IMG/VR virus record: IMGVR_UViG_3300021137_000010
Span: 6,607 to 70,606 of that record
Origin: a virus
Length of the DNA: 64,000 nucleotides
Strand: one strand, 5' to 3'
Shown: positions 27,229 to 36,958 of the stretch, piece after piece
Position numbering within the stretch: position 1 is the first letter of the stretch
Layout: each line of letters starts with the position of its first letter
Made by a program: the position numbers and the translations under genes
Notes under the pieces: model-generated
What the model saw: the letters and a program-made list of their open reading frames with translations, nothing else
What the model was told of the DNA's origin: nothing
Database searches by the model: none

Positions 27229-28347
27229 TTAGTTCACCGCGTCACTCTGTTGAACGATCACTGTTAGTTTGTACGTAATCGTCCAGGACCGTGACGCATC
27301 TTTTTGCAACGGTGAGAAAATGAGGTGAGTCAACAGTCGCTCGCGCTCATTCTCCGGATAGGTTGGATTATCCTCTTCTCCTTGCGGTTGGCCAATTACA
27401 GCAGTGCTGAGCCCCACGTAGGCGGTCGCACCACCAACTGTTGCAATCATTAATTGTGGGAGCAACCAGGTGCACCCGACTGGGACTCCGACGCCAGATG
27501 ACAAATCTACAATCACGATAGACGAGGTCGATCCAGTTGTGATCGAGCAGAAACGTAGATTGCCGAGTGTATTGACGCCGGGTTGGGAGATTTGAGCGAC
27601 GAAGCCGAAACCGAGCGCGTCAATTGCTTGCTTTAAGTCTGTGTAGGTAATTGCGCCACCCAATCCGGTACCAACTGGTAACACCACTGTGGCATTTTTT
27701 TGAACCCCGTCGACAACCACTTGGAAATAGTAAGCAACTCCTGGAGTTAGGTAAGTTAGATCGGTATACACCTTGCCACCGTGAAGCACAATATCTTGAT
27801 ACCCTTGAGTAGAAGTTGCTGGTAGTCCTGATGTAAACAACCCGAGCTCGTCGAATGTGTATACGCCAGTTGTTGCACTGATTAAGCTATTAGCAAGTTG
27901 AGCGATCGGCTCTTGGCTATTCAATACGCATGTTACCACAACCTGACTTTCGCCAGTGGGGAGCTTCAAGCTCCGTACACCGTCGATTCCAGCCGGATCC
28001 CCACCAGGAAATGTGCCAAGGCCTGTGCCAAGCTTTAGGGAGCTTTCATCTACAATTTCGTTATACGTTTCATTGTACAACCGACTTTGCCAGCCAGCGA
28101 GATCAGGCGAAATGCCATCGTTGGGACGACGAAATGAAATTGCCCCAGTCGCATCTATATAAGTTCCTCCATTGCCAAGGGCAAGTTTGTAAATTGTACT
28201 GTTTGGCTCGCGAGCGAGCGCACGGGAAATAATGCGAGAAATATTTTGGGGATGGATAGCGTTGCTTTTATCGAGCACTACTTGACCCAAATCGTCCGTA
28301 ATCGTCACGTGGCCTGCAATACCGACTCGTAAAAAATTGTCACTCAT
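27229..28347 (-). CDS. putative virion structural (baseplate-associated) protein
   Basis: late promoter at 28372; 'NAIHPQN...LGNGGT', 'FDELGLF', 'LLTHLIFSPLQK'. Confidence 0.6.
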   Translation of the reverse strand: MSDNFLRVGIAGHVTITDDLGQVVLDKSNAIHPQNISRIISRALAREPNSTIYKLALGNGGTYIDATGAISFRRPNDGISPDLAGWQSRLYNETYNEIVDESSLKLGTGLGTFPGGDPAGIDGVRSLKLPTGESQVVVTCVLNSQEPIAQLANSLISATTGVYTFDELGLFTSGLPATSTQGYQDIVLHGGKVYTDLTYLTPGVAYYFQVVVDGVQKNATVVLPVGTGLGGAITYTDLKQAIDALGFGFVAQISQPGVNTLGNLRFCSITTGSTSSIVIVDLSSGVGVPVGCTWLLPQLMIATVGGATAYVGLSTAVIGQPQGEEDNPTYPENERERLLTHLIFSPLQKDASRSWTITYKLTVIVQQSDAVN

Positions 28348-28407
28348 TTTGTGTAATCTTGTTTTATATTGTATTTACGTGCCGGTGATGCTTCGTGCGC
28401 AACTGAT

Positions 28408-28788
28408 TTAGGCTGCTACTGGAGATGGACCGTGACCGATTGATCCGCCAATTTCACCAACGCGTGGGGTTAGCACTTGATGAGTAGGGGTAAGTACCTT
28501 GACCAACTGTTGGAAATACGATAACGCATTCACCCCATTTCCGAGTGTGGTTTGTGCACAAAGGTCATACAGTGGGAATTGACCGGCGTTACGGTTGGAG
28601 ATCAAGTTGAAGAAACGCTGACGATCAATACGGTCGAGAGCGGTTAGTGGGAAAAAGTGAACGTTACCGTTGTTGTCGACGGTCATAATTGCAACTTCAG
28701 TCCAGACACCTTTACCAGCAATGTCTACCCAACCTGTGTGTGGGAATTTACCTGGGCGAATTTCGATTGGAGTTGGATTATATTTCAT
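28408..28788 (-). CDS. late hypothetical protein
   Basis: TAAATA at 28826-28831. Confidence 0.7.
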   Translation of the reverse strand: MKYNPTPIEIRPGKFPHTGWVDIAGKGVWTEVAIMTVDNNGNVHFFPLTALDRIDRQRFFNLISNRNAGQFPLYDLCAQTTLGNGVNALSYFQQLVKVLTPTHQVLTPRVGEIGGSIGHGPSPVAA

Positions 28789-28863
28789 GTTTGTAGCCTT
28801 TGCAGGTGCACAGTGTGTTCGGTGTTATTTAGACTACGAAAAATGCGGGTATTTTTAGGGAAC

Positions 28864-28890
28864 AAAAAAAGGACCTTGCGGTCCTTTCTT
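28864..28890 (-). terminator. terminator after tmRNA
   Basis: AAAGGACC-GCAA-GGTCCTTTTTTT. Confidence 0.8.
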
Positions 28891-29165
28891 AGCGGTTATT
28901 GGGAGATAAGGTCACCGTGACCTCAGAGTCATGCTTAGGCCACTAGGGCAAAGCGTTCGTCGTTCGAAGCGTTAGCTGCGTTTAGTTTTTCGCTGGTTTT
29001 ACGTGTACTGCATCACGATTCCTAATCATATCTACTTATTGCGCAGGCAATCTCCACGTCGGGCCCATCAAATATGGTCTGACTTTTACAACAGACCGTA
29101 GGCACTACCAGCCTAGCATATTTGGTGGACCCGGGGGCGTCGAAGCCCCTTCTTGCACACCTTTT
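28890..29165 (-). ncRNA. ssrA: circularly permuted two-piece tmRNA
   Basis: acceptor piece (T arm GGGGC-TTCGAC-GCCCC, CGGGTCC-A-CCA ending at 29123) precedes the coding piece starting GGGCCCG at 29066; G3-U70 pair; tag 28979-28935 AANASNDERFALVA*; outer ends approximate. Confidence 0.88.
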
Positions 29166-29174
29166 GATACAATT

Positions 29175-29786
29175 TCAAACAGAATTCTTATATAGAGTGG
29201 TCAACTTGGATAAACTATCCCCGTAGAGCACTCTGCGTTCTTTACTATTTATACCTTCATCCAGGTTTACCAATCTACCACCGTTGGCTACCAACCCGAA
29301 TATATCAATCAACTTCGATTCCAGCATCAATGCTTCTTTTTCTGTCAACCGATCTTTTAATACTTCTACGATAACCTCTTTACCAAACTGTTGTAAACGT
29401 TGCCGAACTTTTCTATGAGTTTCATTGCGGTTGAGGTTGTATGCTCTATTACCCGTGCCCTTGCCGACATAAAATGGCAGTTTTGTCATTCCTATTGATG
29501 CTGCAAAAGTTGTTTTTCCATTTTTACCGGCGTGAGCATTTTTAGTAGGCTCACAATGCGTATACACATAATACACAGGCGCATCATCCAGCATCAATGA
29601 GTTGTATACTGGTGAAATATCTGTGTTGTATATTTGCTGGCATGCATCTAATACACTTCCCGCACGCTCTTTATGAGTTCCATACTTACCAGCTCGGTGT
29701 TGCCCAATCAGGGTTTGGGCAAGTTTCAACAGCCGGGTGCAATCTTCCAGCGAATCGATGTCAACTTCGTATGATTTCAAGTTCAT
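29175..29786 (-). CDS. GIY-YIG-like (LEM-3-type) endonuclease
   Basis: YYVYTH...PFYVGKGTGNRA...EALMLESKLI...LVN. Confidence 0.8.
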   Translation of the reverse strand: MNLKSYEVDIDSLEDCTRLLKLAQTLIGQHRAGKYGTHKERAGSVLDACQQIYNTDISPVYNSLMLDDAPVYYVYTHCEPTKNAHAGKNGKTTFAASIGMTKLPFYVGKGTGNRAYNLNRNETHRKVRQRLQQFGKEVIVEVLKDRLTEKEALMLESKLIDIFGLVANGGRLVNLDEGINSKERRVLYGDSLSKLTTLYKNSV

Positions 29787-29798
29787 ACTACGATGATA

Positions 29799-30401
29799 TT
29801 ATACTTTCGAACTTGTCCACAACGGATTGTGAGAAGTTAGTATCGCCATACGGTCGTTGAAGTTTGGCGTTTCGATGATGCACTGCTTTGTTGGCTGTGT
29901 CATCTGTCCAAAATAATCAATCATCGTAAGGTCGACCATTCGACTATAGTGACGGTTACTACCTCGTACTCCATCGTGCTCTGGCTTGAAGTGTCCAGCA
30001 CGTAGATAATATACTTTGTCATACACTTGTTGTGCAGCCATGCACTTACGGTAGTACTCATCTAACCAATCGCTGTACGAGTTATTGCTGCCCATTGCAA
30101 CCAATGCGTATGTCCACAAGTCAGCAAAACTTCGCTCAGTCACAACAACACTGGCTCCAAGTTTTCCGAGCTTGTGCATCTTTTCAACTACGCTGTCATC
30201 TTCCAACTTTCGCTTTAGGATCTCATCCTGAAACTTGCACGTTAGCTCGTTATCCGAATTTACCTGAGTTAGAGTCACTCCCCAATCACTTAAAATCGAG
30301 CGAGACGTCTTTCTAGTGATGGTTATATATCCAAGCTCAGACAGAGCTGAGATGATGCTACTCTTGCCGCTACCTTGACTTCCGCTAATTGCAATCAACA
30401 T
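29799..30401 (-). CDS. P-loop nucleotide kinase/ATPase (AAA_28-like)
   Basis: IAISGSQGSGKSS, TERSFAD, EHDGVR. Confidence 0.8.
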   Translation of the reverse strand: MLIAISGSQGSGKSSIISALSELGYITITRKTSRSILSDWGVTLTQVNSDNELTCKFQDEILKRKLEDDSVVEKMHKLGKLGASVVVTERSFADLWTYALVAMGSNNSYSDWLDEYYRKCMAAQQVYDKVYYLRAGHFKPEHDGVRGSNRHYSRMVDLTMIDYFGQMTQPTKQCIIETPNFNDRMAILTSHNPLWTSSKV

Positions 30402-30411
30402 GTACAACCTT

Positions 30412-30612
30412 TTAAACTGCTGGCGTGGCGATCTTAGTTGCCGTTGCAACTGAGGTACGATTGAGTGTCATAATTTGATCATTGTGAGCACTCAATTTTG
30501 CCGCAAGCTTCGATGCGAGAATGTTCGAAAGCACTGCTTGGGCTTGCTCTTTACTATCATTTACGACGTGGTTGATCATCGCGTTGTATTGTTGACGTAG
30601 TTCTAGTTCCAT
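30412..30612 (-). CDS. hypothetical protein
   Basis: coupled ORF. Confidence 0.55.
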   Translation of the reverse strand: MELELRQQYNAMINHVVNDSKEQAQAVLSNILASKLAAKLSAHNDQIMTLNRTSVATATKIATPAV

Positions 30613-30617
30613 TTTTA

Positions 30618-30875
30618 TTACCCCATAAAATAAAGTTTATACGACCTGTTCCGAAATTCCGGAAGAGAGCCGATCTGATACCCTTGTACCTTCTTTTCGA
30701 CAAGTTGGGAACTGCGAGTTTGTGAAAGCAGATCTGCAACTTGCTTTGCGAGCGCTTCATCAGCTGGATTACCGGCTGCTTCAACAACACACACTTTGCT
30801 ACCAGTTGGTGCAAGACGCGAGAGCTGGGCGCTCACAGTAGTTAGTGCGCCACCTGTCAAGTAAAATACGTTCAC
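30618..30875 (-). CDS. hypothetical protein
   Basis: coupled ORF. Confidence 0.55.
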   Translation of the reverse strand: MNVFYLTGGALTTVSAQLSRLAPTGSKVCVVEAAGNPADEALAKQVADLLSQTRSSQLVEKKVQGYQIGSLPEFRNRSYKLYFMG

Positions 30876-31171
30876 GGCTGATCCTCTAGTTTCTCGATGT
30901 CACCAAACAACACAGTGTATAGTTCGCTCGTTGCTTCTTGTTTCGCTGCGACTGTTGTGAACGTTTGTTTGTGACGCATTGCAATCACCTTGTTGAGAAT
31001 TGAGGCGTCAATCTTAAACTGCTCGCGAATAGCACTAATTATTTCTTTCTTGTGGTCACGCTCCCCATCTGCTCTAATTAAGCAACCGCACGCTTCTTCA
31101 ATCATCACCTTGAGTTGCTTACGTTCAGCTTCTGCACTCGGAATTACAAATTCAAAACCTTCGATTGCCAT
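30872..31171 (-). CDS. T4 DsbA-like dsDNA-binding protein
   Basis: size and pattern 'RKQLKVMIEE...KEII..I.EQF.ID...LNK....HKQTF......LY'. Confidence 0.6.
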   Translation of the reverse strand: MAIEGFEFVIPSAEAERKQLKVMIEEACGCLIRADGERDHKKEIISAIREQFKIDASILNKVIAMRHKQTFTTVAAKQEATSELYTVLFGDIEKLEDQP

Positions 31172-31181
31172 AATATATCCT

Positions 31182-31808
31182 TTAAATTGATTGTTCTAAC
31201 CACTGACGCCACGTGCCGGGAAAGTTCTTCGGCGAGTACAGTAGTGGTGGATTTAACTGAATAAATGTCTTTGATACAAATAGTTCTCCCATTCCGACCT
31301 TCGAAAATACGTGCGTGAAATGCGGATCACTTGGATAAATGATCATAGTACCACGCACTGGATTAAATCCGAATCCATGAGATGGAAATTCCAGCTTCCC
31401 ACCGTACACCTCAAACTCGCCATCAAACGGCGGCTTATCGTTATAATCACACAGAAACAGAAGTGCCGTCAAGTCTCGGTTGTGTACCCGCAGCCACTTG
31501 TCTTTAATGCGAGTAGAATTATCACACACTGCTACTGGCGCAACCCACTCATTTGCCCACTGCACTCGAGTAGGTTCCAAATCAGTGACAACCGCTTGGT
31601 AATGATGCTCAATCGCTTCTCGATGAACAGCAAGAGCTTGTGCTACGTACGTGTGTGCTAGCTCAGTATGCTTGATCGTCATTATTGGACGATTGGACCT
31701 ATCTACATCAGTCTGGATAAATTCCGCGCTATCAGCAATTTGTTCACACTGCATCGGAGATACGGCTTCGTCGATAATGAAAAATGGAGAGCGTGAGGTG
31801 GGGATCAT
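31182..31808 (-). CDS. 2OG-Fe(II) oxygenase (prolyl-4-hydroxylase-like)
   Basis: RDLTALLFL...GGKLEFP...P.RGTMIIYPS...H. Confidence 0.75.
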   Translation of the reverse strand: MIPTSRSPFFIIDEAVSPMQCEQIADSAEFIQTDVDRSNRPIMTIKHTELAHTYVAQALAVHREAIEHHYQAVVTDLEPTRVQWANEWVAPVAVCDNSTRIKDKWLRVHNRDLTALLFLCDYNDKPPFDGEFEVYGGKLEFPSHGFGFNPVRGTMIIYPSDPHFTHVFSKVGMGELFVSKTFIQLNPPLLYSPKNFPGTWRQWLEQSI

Positions 31809-32521
31809 TTTTTCAACTTCGATGTGTGGTAGTCAGTGAAGACTTTATTTACTTGTTTCACGTATGGGTAAATTGACTTTTCGAACACTTGAGCTTTGAA
31901 TAGCGTTTCGTTCCCAATAATGGTAACAATGTTCTCAATGAGAATGCCAGACATTTCATAGAACATCAGTGCATATGTCGTCTCTTGTAGGAAGTAGTCT
32001 TTAATCCAATCTTCCTGTTTCTTTTTACTTGCAGTCTTGAAGTCAATGATACAAGGCTTGCCCTTCCATACACCAATCAAGTCTACTCGACCAGCAGTTT
32101 TCAACTCATGTGAGACGAGGCACTGCTCGTTCATCCAAATCTCCGACAGATTGGTTGTCAGTTCTTTTTTGATTTGTCTGTATGGAATAGCGACTTCACG
32201 TGGTGCATCTTCTTGCAACACTTTAGACTGGTCATTGAGCCATTCGTCGAGTGGATTGTGTACTCCAGTACCACGGTCAGTTGCAGCTTTGGTAGTTTGC
32301 TTTGCTTGTTCGAAGCCAACCCTTTTGCGCCACACGTTTAGAGATTCCTGTTTTTCAGGATCCGCTTGGCCAATTACTGTCGTAACGCTTGGATACCACA
32401 AATCATCAGCGACTTTATACATTCGCTTGCCATACACATTAGTTTTTGCTTCGAGCTCTACAGCCCAGGCTTGAGGTGGTTGACGAGGAATCAAAATAGA
32501 TAAGGTAGTACTAATGCACAA
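31805..32521 (-). CDS. PD-(D/E)XK exonuclease
   Basis: YPSVTTV, RGTGVH, AGRVDLI...IIDFKT, YFLQ...Y. Confidence 0.88.
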   Translation of the reverse strand: MCISTTLSILIPRQPPQAWAVELEAKTNVYGKRMYKVADDLWYPSVTTVIGQADPEKQESLNVWRKRVGFEQAKQTTKAATDRGTGVHNPLDEWLNDQSKVLQEDAPREVAIPYRQIKKELTTNLSEIWMNEQCLVSHELKTAGRVDLIGVWKGKPCIIDFKTASKKKQEDWIKDYFLQETTYALMFYEMSGILIENIVTIIGNETLFKAQVFEKSIYPYVKQVNKVFTDYHTSKLKK

Positions 32522-32550
32522 TTATCTATGGTTGCAAAAAAGGGGGCAAC

Positions 32551-32817
32551 CTACCACCCTTTGTCGATGATTACCCTTGGCATTGCATCTTCTTCCACTT
32601 CGTCTTTCATTAGTTTAACAAGACGAGGTTTGAATAGCAACTGATCCCCTTTTGTAGTATGGAGAATCGGCTGGCCATGCTTATCGGTGCCGAATCCTGT
32701 CACCGTCGCTTTACGGTTCTTAAACTTCCCAACTCTGATTTCATCACCAACGGCGATAGGAGGAACATTAAGCTCCTCTTCCGCTTTTTCAGTTAGGAAA
32801 GCTATGAACTTGCCCAT
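32551..32817 (-). CDS. hypothetical protein (putative internal head protein)
   Basis: N-terminal MGKFIAFLTE. Confidence 0.7.
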   Translation of the reverse strand: MGKFIAFLTEKAEEELNVPPIAVGDEIRVGKFKNRKATVTGFGTDKHGQPILHTTKGDQLLFKPRLVKLMKDEVEEDAMPRVIIDKGW

Positions 32818-34577
32818 TACACTGGCTTACGAATGCATTCAGCTTTGTGGTTACGACCACCGACTAGCTTTTTAACTTCTGCACAGGCAGCATCCGCTGT
32901 GTCCACATAAACAGTCTTCGTGGCGCCTTTTTTAAGCGGGACGTCCTTGTTAGAACCGTATGTGTCGTACGTCACAGTCCATTTCGATTTAGCATCTTGT
33001 GGGTCTGCGCTTTCTTCAACACTTTCGTTATCTGAATTAGCGTGCGCTTTAGCAGCTTGTTCGTTTTTAAAGATTTTACGCGAACCAGCTAGATTAGTTG
33101 TACAGAAAGACCCATCTTTTAATTTCTTTACATCACCACGAATAAATCCACGTGCTTCTTGTGAGGAATCGATAGTTGGATCTTTGCCTTCTGCCACGTC
33201 TTGATTGTTAAGTTGATGAGAAACTCCTTGTCGCAGCGCTTCCTTAAATTTACCCAACTCCATAAAGTTTCCATTTTTACGCATACGCTTATCTAATATA
33301 TTTAATATACCTTCAATAGCAGATTCAGCAGTCGCGCCCGATTTGGAGAAATAATGTTTTACACCTTGGCGAATTGCGTCCAACGCACCGCTATCATTTA
33401 TATTATGCTTACGAAATAATCTCTCGACGGTGTTGAGAATAGCATCTTGAATACCTGAATTGTCCATACGTTCTCTCATACGATCTGGATTGCCTCGTTC
33501 GCCCTGGCGCATACTGTAATCGGTATAGTCATCTTCCCACGCATCGTGGTTAGCTCCTTCTTCGACGCTTTCATTCTTGTGTTTGAAGTATTCGACTTCA
33601 CGTTCGTGCTTTTCAGCTGCAGCTTTGGTTGGGAAGTCGCCAAGATTTTTACCAGTCTTTTTGCTGACGAGACGGTATCCAGCACCGTGCTTGATGATGT
33701 GTTCATTAACTGTTTTATAACGATCGACCTTCATGCCACAGTTCGTGCAGTGCAATACCCCATCCGTATCATCCAGTTGTGATGTTTCTTGATACGTACC
33801 TTTGCCGCATTTAGTGCACTTGCAACCAGTCATGTCTTCGCCAGCTGCTTCTTTGACCTTCGTCCAAGTGCCCGGATGTTCGAGATTTGCGTAACGTTCG
33901 TGCTTTCTAAACGCTTTTGCAGCACCTGGATGATCACCTTTCTTCTGTGCAGCCCCTGCATCTCCCCAGGTTGAATCTACTTTTTTCTTTAGTTCACTGC
34001 CTCGTTGAATTTTACCAATGAATGAATGCTTGTCGGCTTCAGCCAATCCTTCATTCAACATCTTTACCAACTTTTCCATATCCGCAGGGCCTGCAATCGG
34101 TTCATCAAAGTGCATCAGTGGGGTGGCTCTTCGATTGTTAGCATCGTCGACCGACTTGTGATACGCTACATGTGCCGTGAGGTTACCATCGTAGTTTGTA
34201 AAATTCACAATGCCTTTACCACTTACAGCTCTAACACTATCTGGTAATACATACTTTCCTGGCGAATATTCGACATCAGCATTGTGTTGGTCTGGAAAAT
34301 ATTTTATGATAAATGCACGCTGCTCTGCATCAATCGGCATTCTTTTTGGAACTGGAGCAGCTTTCTTTTTAAAACGGTCAAATAAACCTTCAGTTAGACT
34401 ACCTTTACCGGAACCAGCTTTAAATGAGCCTTTATTTGTGGTACCATCCCAAGCGTGGTACGTACCAGACTTGTTGTCTTTTGTTACTTTGTAGCCAGCT
34501 TTTTTAGCAGCTTCTTCCCACGCAGTAAGCGATGGGTAAGTACCTTCATTCAGCGTTAGGACAGTTGAGAGTTTCAT
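32817..34577 (-). CDS. mosaic putative internal head protein
   Basis: short modules separated by (L/V)xE motifs; central CxCxxC...CxxC. Confidence 0.65.
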   Translation of the reverse strand: MKLSTVLTLNEGTYPSLTAWEEAAKKAGYKVTKDNKSGTYHAWDGTTNKGSFKAGSGKGSLTEGLFDRFKKKAAPVPKRMPIDAEQRAFIIKYFPDQHNADVEYSPGKYVLPDSVRAVSGKGIVNFTNYDGNLTAHVAYHKSVDDANNRRATPLMHFDEPIAGPADMEKLVKMLNEGLAEADKHSFIGKIQRGSELKKKVDSTWGDAGAAQKKGDHPGAAKAFRKHERYANLEHPGTWTKVKEAAGEDMTGCKCTKCGKGTYQETSQLDDTDGVLHCTNCGMKVDRYKTVNEHIIKHGAGYRLVSKKTGKNLGDFPTKAAAEKHEREVEYFKHKNESVEEGANHDAWEDDYTDYSMRQGERGNPDRMRERMDNSGIQDAILNTVERLFRKHNINDSGALDAIRQGVKHYFSKSGATAESAIEGILNILDKRMRKNGNFMELGKFKEALRQGVSHQLNNQDVAEGKDPTIDSSQEARGFIRGDVKKLKDGSFCTTNLAGSRKIFKNEQAAKAHANSDNESVEESADPQDAKSKWTVTYDTYGSNKDVPLKKGATKTVYVDTADAACAEVKKLVGGRNHKAECIRKPV

Positions 34578-35515
34578 GCTCGTGATGCTCCACCAGATTT
34601 TTGCGAACGGAATTTTGCTAACCGCTGAACTAATCGTTCATTTTTCTTGCGTTCTTTTTCTTCATCCTCGAATTCTTCCATATCAGCAATCTCCTGCTGG
34701 CCAGCAATCTCGTTGTCTTGCTTCTGTTGCTCAACCCCTTGCAATTCAGTCTCTGCTTTTGCTTTTGCGACATCTGCGTTGGCGGTACGGACACCTGTTT
34801 CAGATTTTAGTAGGTCAATAACCTGTTGTAATAGTTGAACAGTGCTTTGTTGCATATCTGGAGATGATTCGTCTTCGCCACCGAGGTCACCTTCGCCACC
34901 TTCTGTGTCTAGGTCCAGTTCACCTTCGCCACCTTCTTCGCCATCAAGTGCTAAATCTTCTTCACCACCATCTTCACCTTCGGCGCCTGGCTCTTCTTCG
35001 TCTTCAGTGATTGGTTCATCCCACTCTACGTCAACGATATCGTAGTCCTGCTTTAGCATATACAACACTTCAGCGATTTCTTTTTTCTGCTCCGTGTCCG
35101 ACAGAATGGAGTTTAGACGGGATTCAAAATCTTCAGCTTGTTCACGCTTGACGGTTACTTTAACGATCTTACCATCACCATCCTGCAAACCGAATGTAGA
35201 AGTTTGCGTTTTGTCATCAACATCCGCACGTTTGGTAGCATTGCTAACTTTGTCATTGATGTCGGCGACAATTTTCTTGTTTTTATCGGTCATTACCGGA
35301 GCAGTTTGTCCATCGTCGAATTCAAACAAAATCGCAGTACCGACATCGAATGTCGCAATACTACTCTCGTTGAATTTAATCTTTTCGATCTTGGCGCTAC
35401 CAGAAAATTTACGGCGTTTAACAGGTTTCGATGGGTGGGTAAATGGGTTGGTAGCGATAGCCTGTGCACTTACGGCGCCGGCTGCTGCATCTTCAAGTAT
35501 GGTGGATAGTTTCAT
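34574..35515 (-). CDS. acidic coiled-coil protein (scaffold/prohead-core-like)
   Basis: MKLSTILE; E/D/G-rich linker; late promoter at 35539. Confidence 0.65.
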   Translation of the reverse strand: MKLSTILEDAAAGAVSAQAIATNPFTHPSKPVKRRKFSGSAKIEKIKFNESSIATFDVGTAILFEFDDGQTAPVMTDKNKKIVADINDKVSNATKRADVDDKTQTSTFGLQDGDGKIVKVTVKREQAEDFESRLNSILSDTEQKKEIAEVLYMLKQDYDIVDVEWDEPITEDEEEPGAEGEDGGEEDLALDGEEGGEGELDLDTEGGEGDLGGEDESSPDMQQSTVQLLQQVIDLLKSETGVRTANADVAKAKAETELQGVEQQKQDNEIAGQQEIADMEEFEDEEKERKKNERLVQRLAKFRSQKSGGASRA

Positions 35516-35537
35516 AGTGGTTTAGGGGCAGTATCGA

Positions 35538-36941
35538 TTATTTATCGCCGAGGTAGCTCTTATATAGTATTTCGACAGCTTGTTGTGTAGTCTTAGCGGA
35601 TTGGAGAGCTTGCTCGCTTGTACGAACGTCAGTAATAACGTCAGCAAACTGGGAAAGTGTGCGCCGAATAATTTCAGGAGAGTACTTGAAATTCCGACCA
35701 GCTTCGGTAGCGAGTTCCAACTTGTCGGCGCGCTCCACGAATGTATCTTTTGCTTGGATAAGTGAAGTTTCTGCAGTTTTTAGTGCACGAATCAATAGTG
35801 GGCGAGCCTGCTTAATGTCGACTGCCCAATTACCGTCGTGAGAAGCGAGTAATGCACGGATAGTACGTGGAGTCTTCAACTTAGGCTCTTGCAAGATAAT
35901 TGATAAATCTTCCAACAAGTCGCCGTAGATCGAGCCACTGCGAGTTTCCGCAACTTTCAAAATGCCTTGAACTGGCCGAGGCACAGATGCTTTAATTTGA
36001 TTGCGAATGGCGAAATTGAACTGATTGAATGCAGAGAACACGTCTTTATCAACGATCTTGACTTGGCGATTTGTCTTTGGATCGAACATTACAACGCCCT
36101 CTACCCCTGGGTCGTGCTCCGCTTCAACATCTTGGACGTCTCGGAGACTTGGTACCAACGTGCGCACAAACTGCTTAAGCAGTTTTTCTTTGATAGGGAG
36201 TTTGAAATCAGTTAATAATTTTTCAGCAACTTGCTTACGGAGTGCGACCATTTCGCGAGTTTTTGAGGTGGATTTGGCGATAGCTGCAATTGACATTGGG
36301 CCTTGCGAGGTTTCGATCTGTTGCGCTACGTACGTTTTTAGTTGATCCAACTCTGCTGCAAAGTCGATTTGCTTTAGCTTTTGAGCATCAATTTGCTGCG
36401 GAGTGACAAATCGCCATGTGATCAGAGTTGGCTTCCTAACTAACGACACACCGTCTTCGGTTGTGACTTCAACAGTTTCAACTTTGACAGGAGCAAGCTG
36501 CAATGCGATTAGTTTTTTGATAATAGCTGGGGAGTCCTCGCTAATCGCTCGCAAGAACGCAATACTAGAGGTACCGTAAATGATCGCATTTGGTTGGCGG
36601 CCATATAACACCTCGCACTCGACCATAACATTTACTGGGACTGCAGTTGCTAATTGATCTTCAACCTGTTGTAACGCTTGGTGAGCAGATTTGAATCCAA
36701 CATACGCAGGAGAGTCGCCCCATTGTTGTGCATCGTACACTGGAGTGTCATTGCCTTTTTGTTGACGATTGGTAAACAATTTACCATGTTCGTCAATGCC
36801 AAACGTGAGCGCCGATCCGTCCAGCTTTTCTGTAACAGCGTACCGGGTTAGATTAGTAATAGTATCAACGAATTCATCAATCGACAAATCTTCGATGTGC
36901 TCTATACCTTCTCGCAAAAATTGACTAAATCGCATATACAC
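35538..36941 (-). CDS. ligase-like nucleotidyltransferase-fold protein, probably virion-associated
   Basis: TEKLDGS, ECEVL, EGVV, KIVD; MRFSQFLRE N-terminus; TAAATA at 36956. Confidence 0.65.
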   Translation of the reverse strand: MYMRFSQFLREGIEHIEDLSIDEFVDTITNLTRYAVTEKLDGSALTFGIDEHGKLFTNRQQKGNDTPVYDAQQWGDSPAYVGFKSAHQALQQVEDQLATAVPVNVMVECEVLYGRQPNAIIYGTSSIAFLRAISEDSPAIIKKLIALQLAPVKVETVEVTTEDGVSLVRKPTLITWRFVTPQQIDAQKLKQIDFAAELDQLKTYVAQQIETSQGPMSIAAIAKSTSKTREMVALRKQVAEKLLTDFKLPIKEKLLKQFVRTLVPSLRDVQDVEAEHDPGVEGVVMFDPKTNRQVKIVDKDVFSAFNQFNFAIRNQIKASVPRPVQGILKVAETRSGSIYGDLLEDLSIILQEPKLKTPRTIRALLASHDGNWAVDIKQARPLLIRALKTAETSLIQAKDTFVERADKLELATEAGRNFKYSPEIIRRTLSQFADVITDVRTSEQALQSAKTTQQAVEILYKSYLGDK

Positions 36942-36958
36942 TTATTTTAAAAGCGTAT

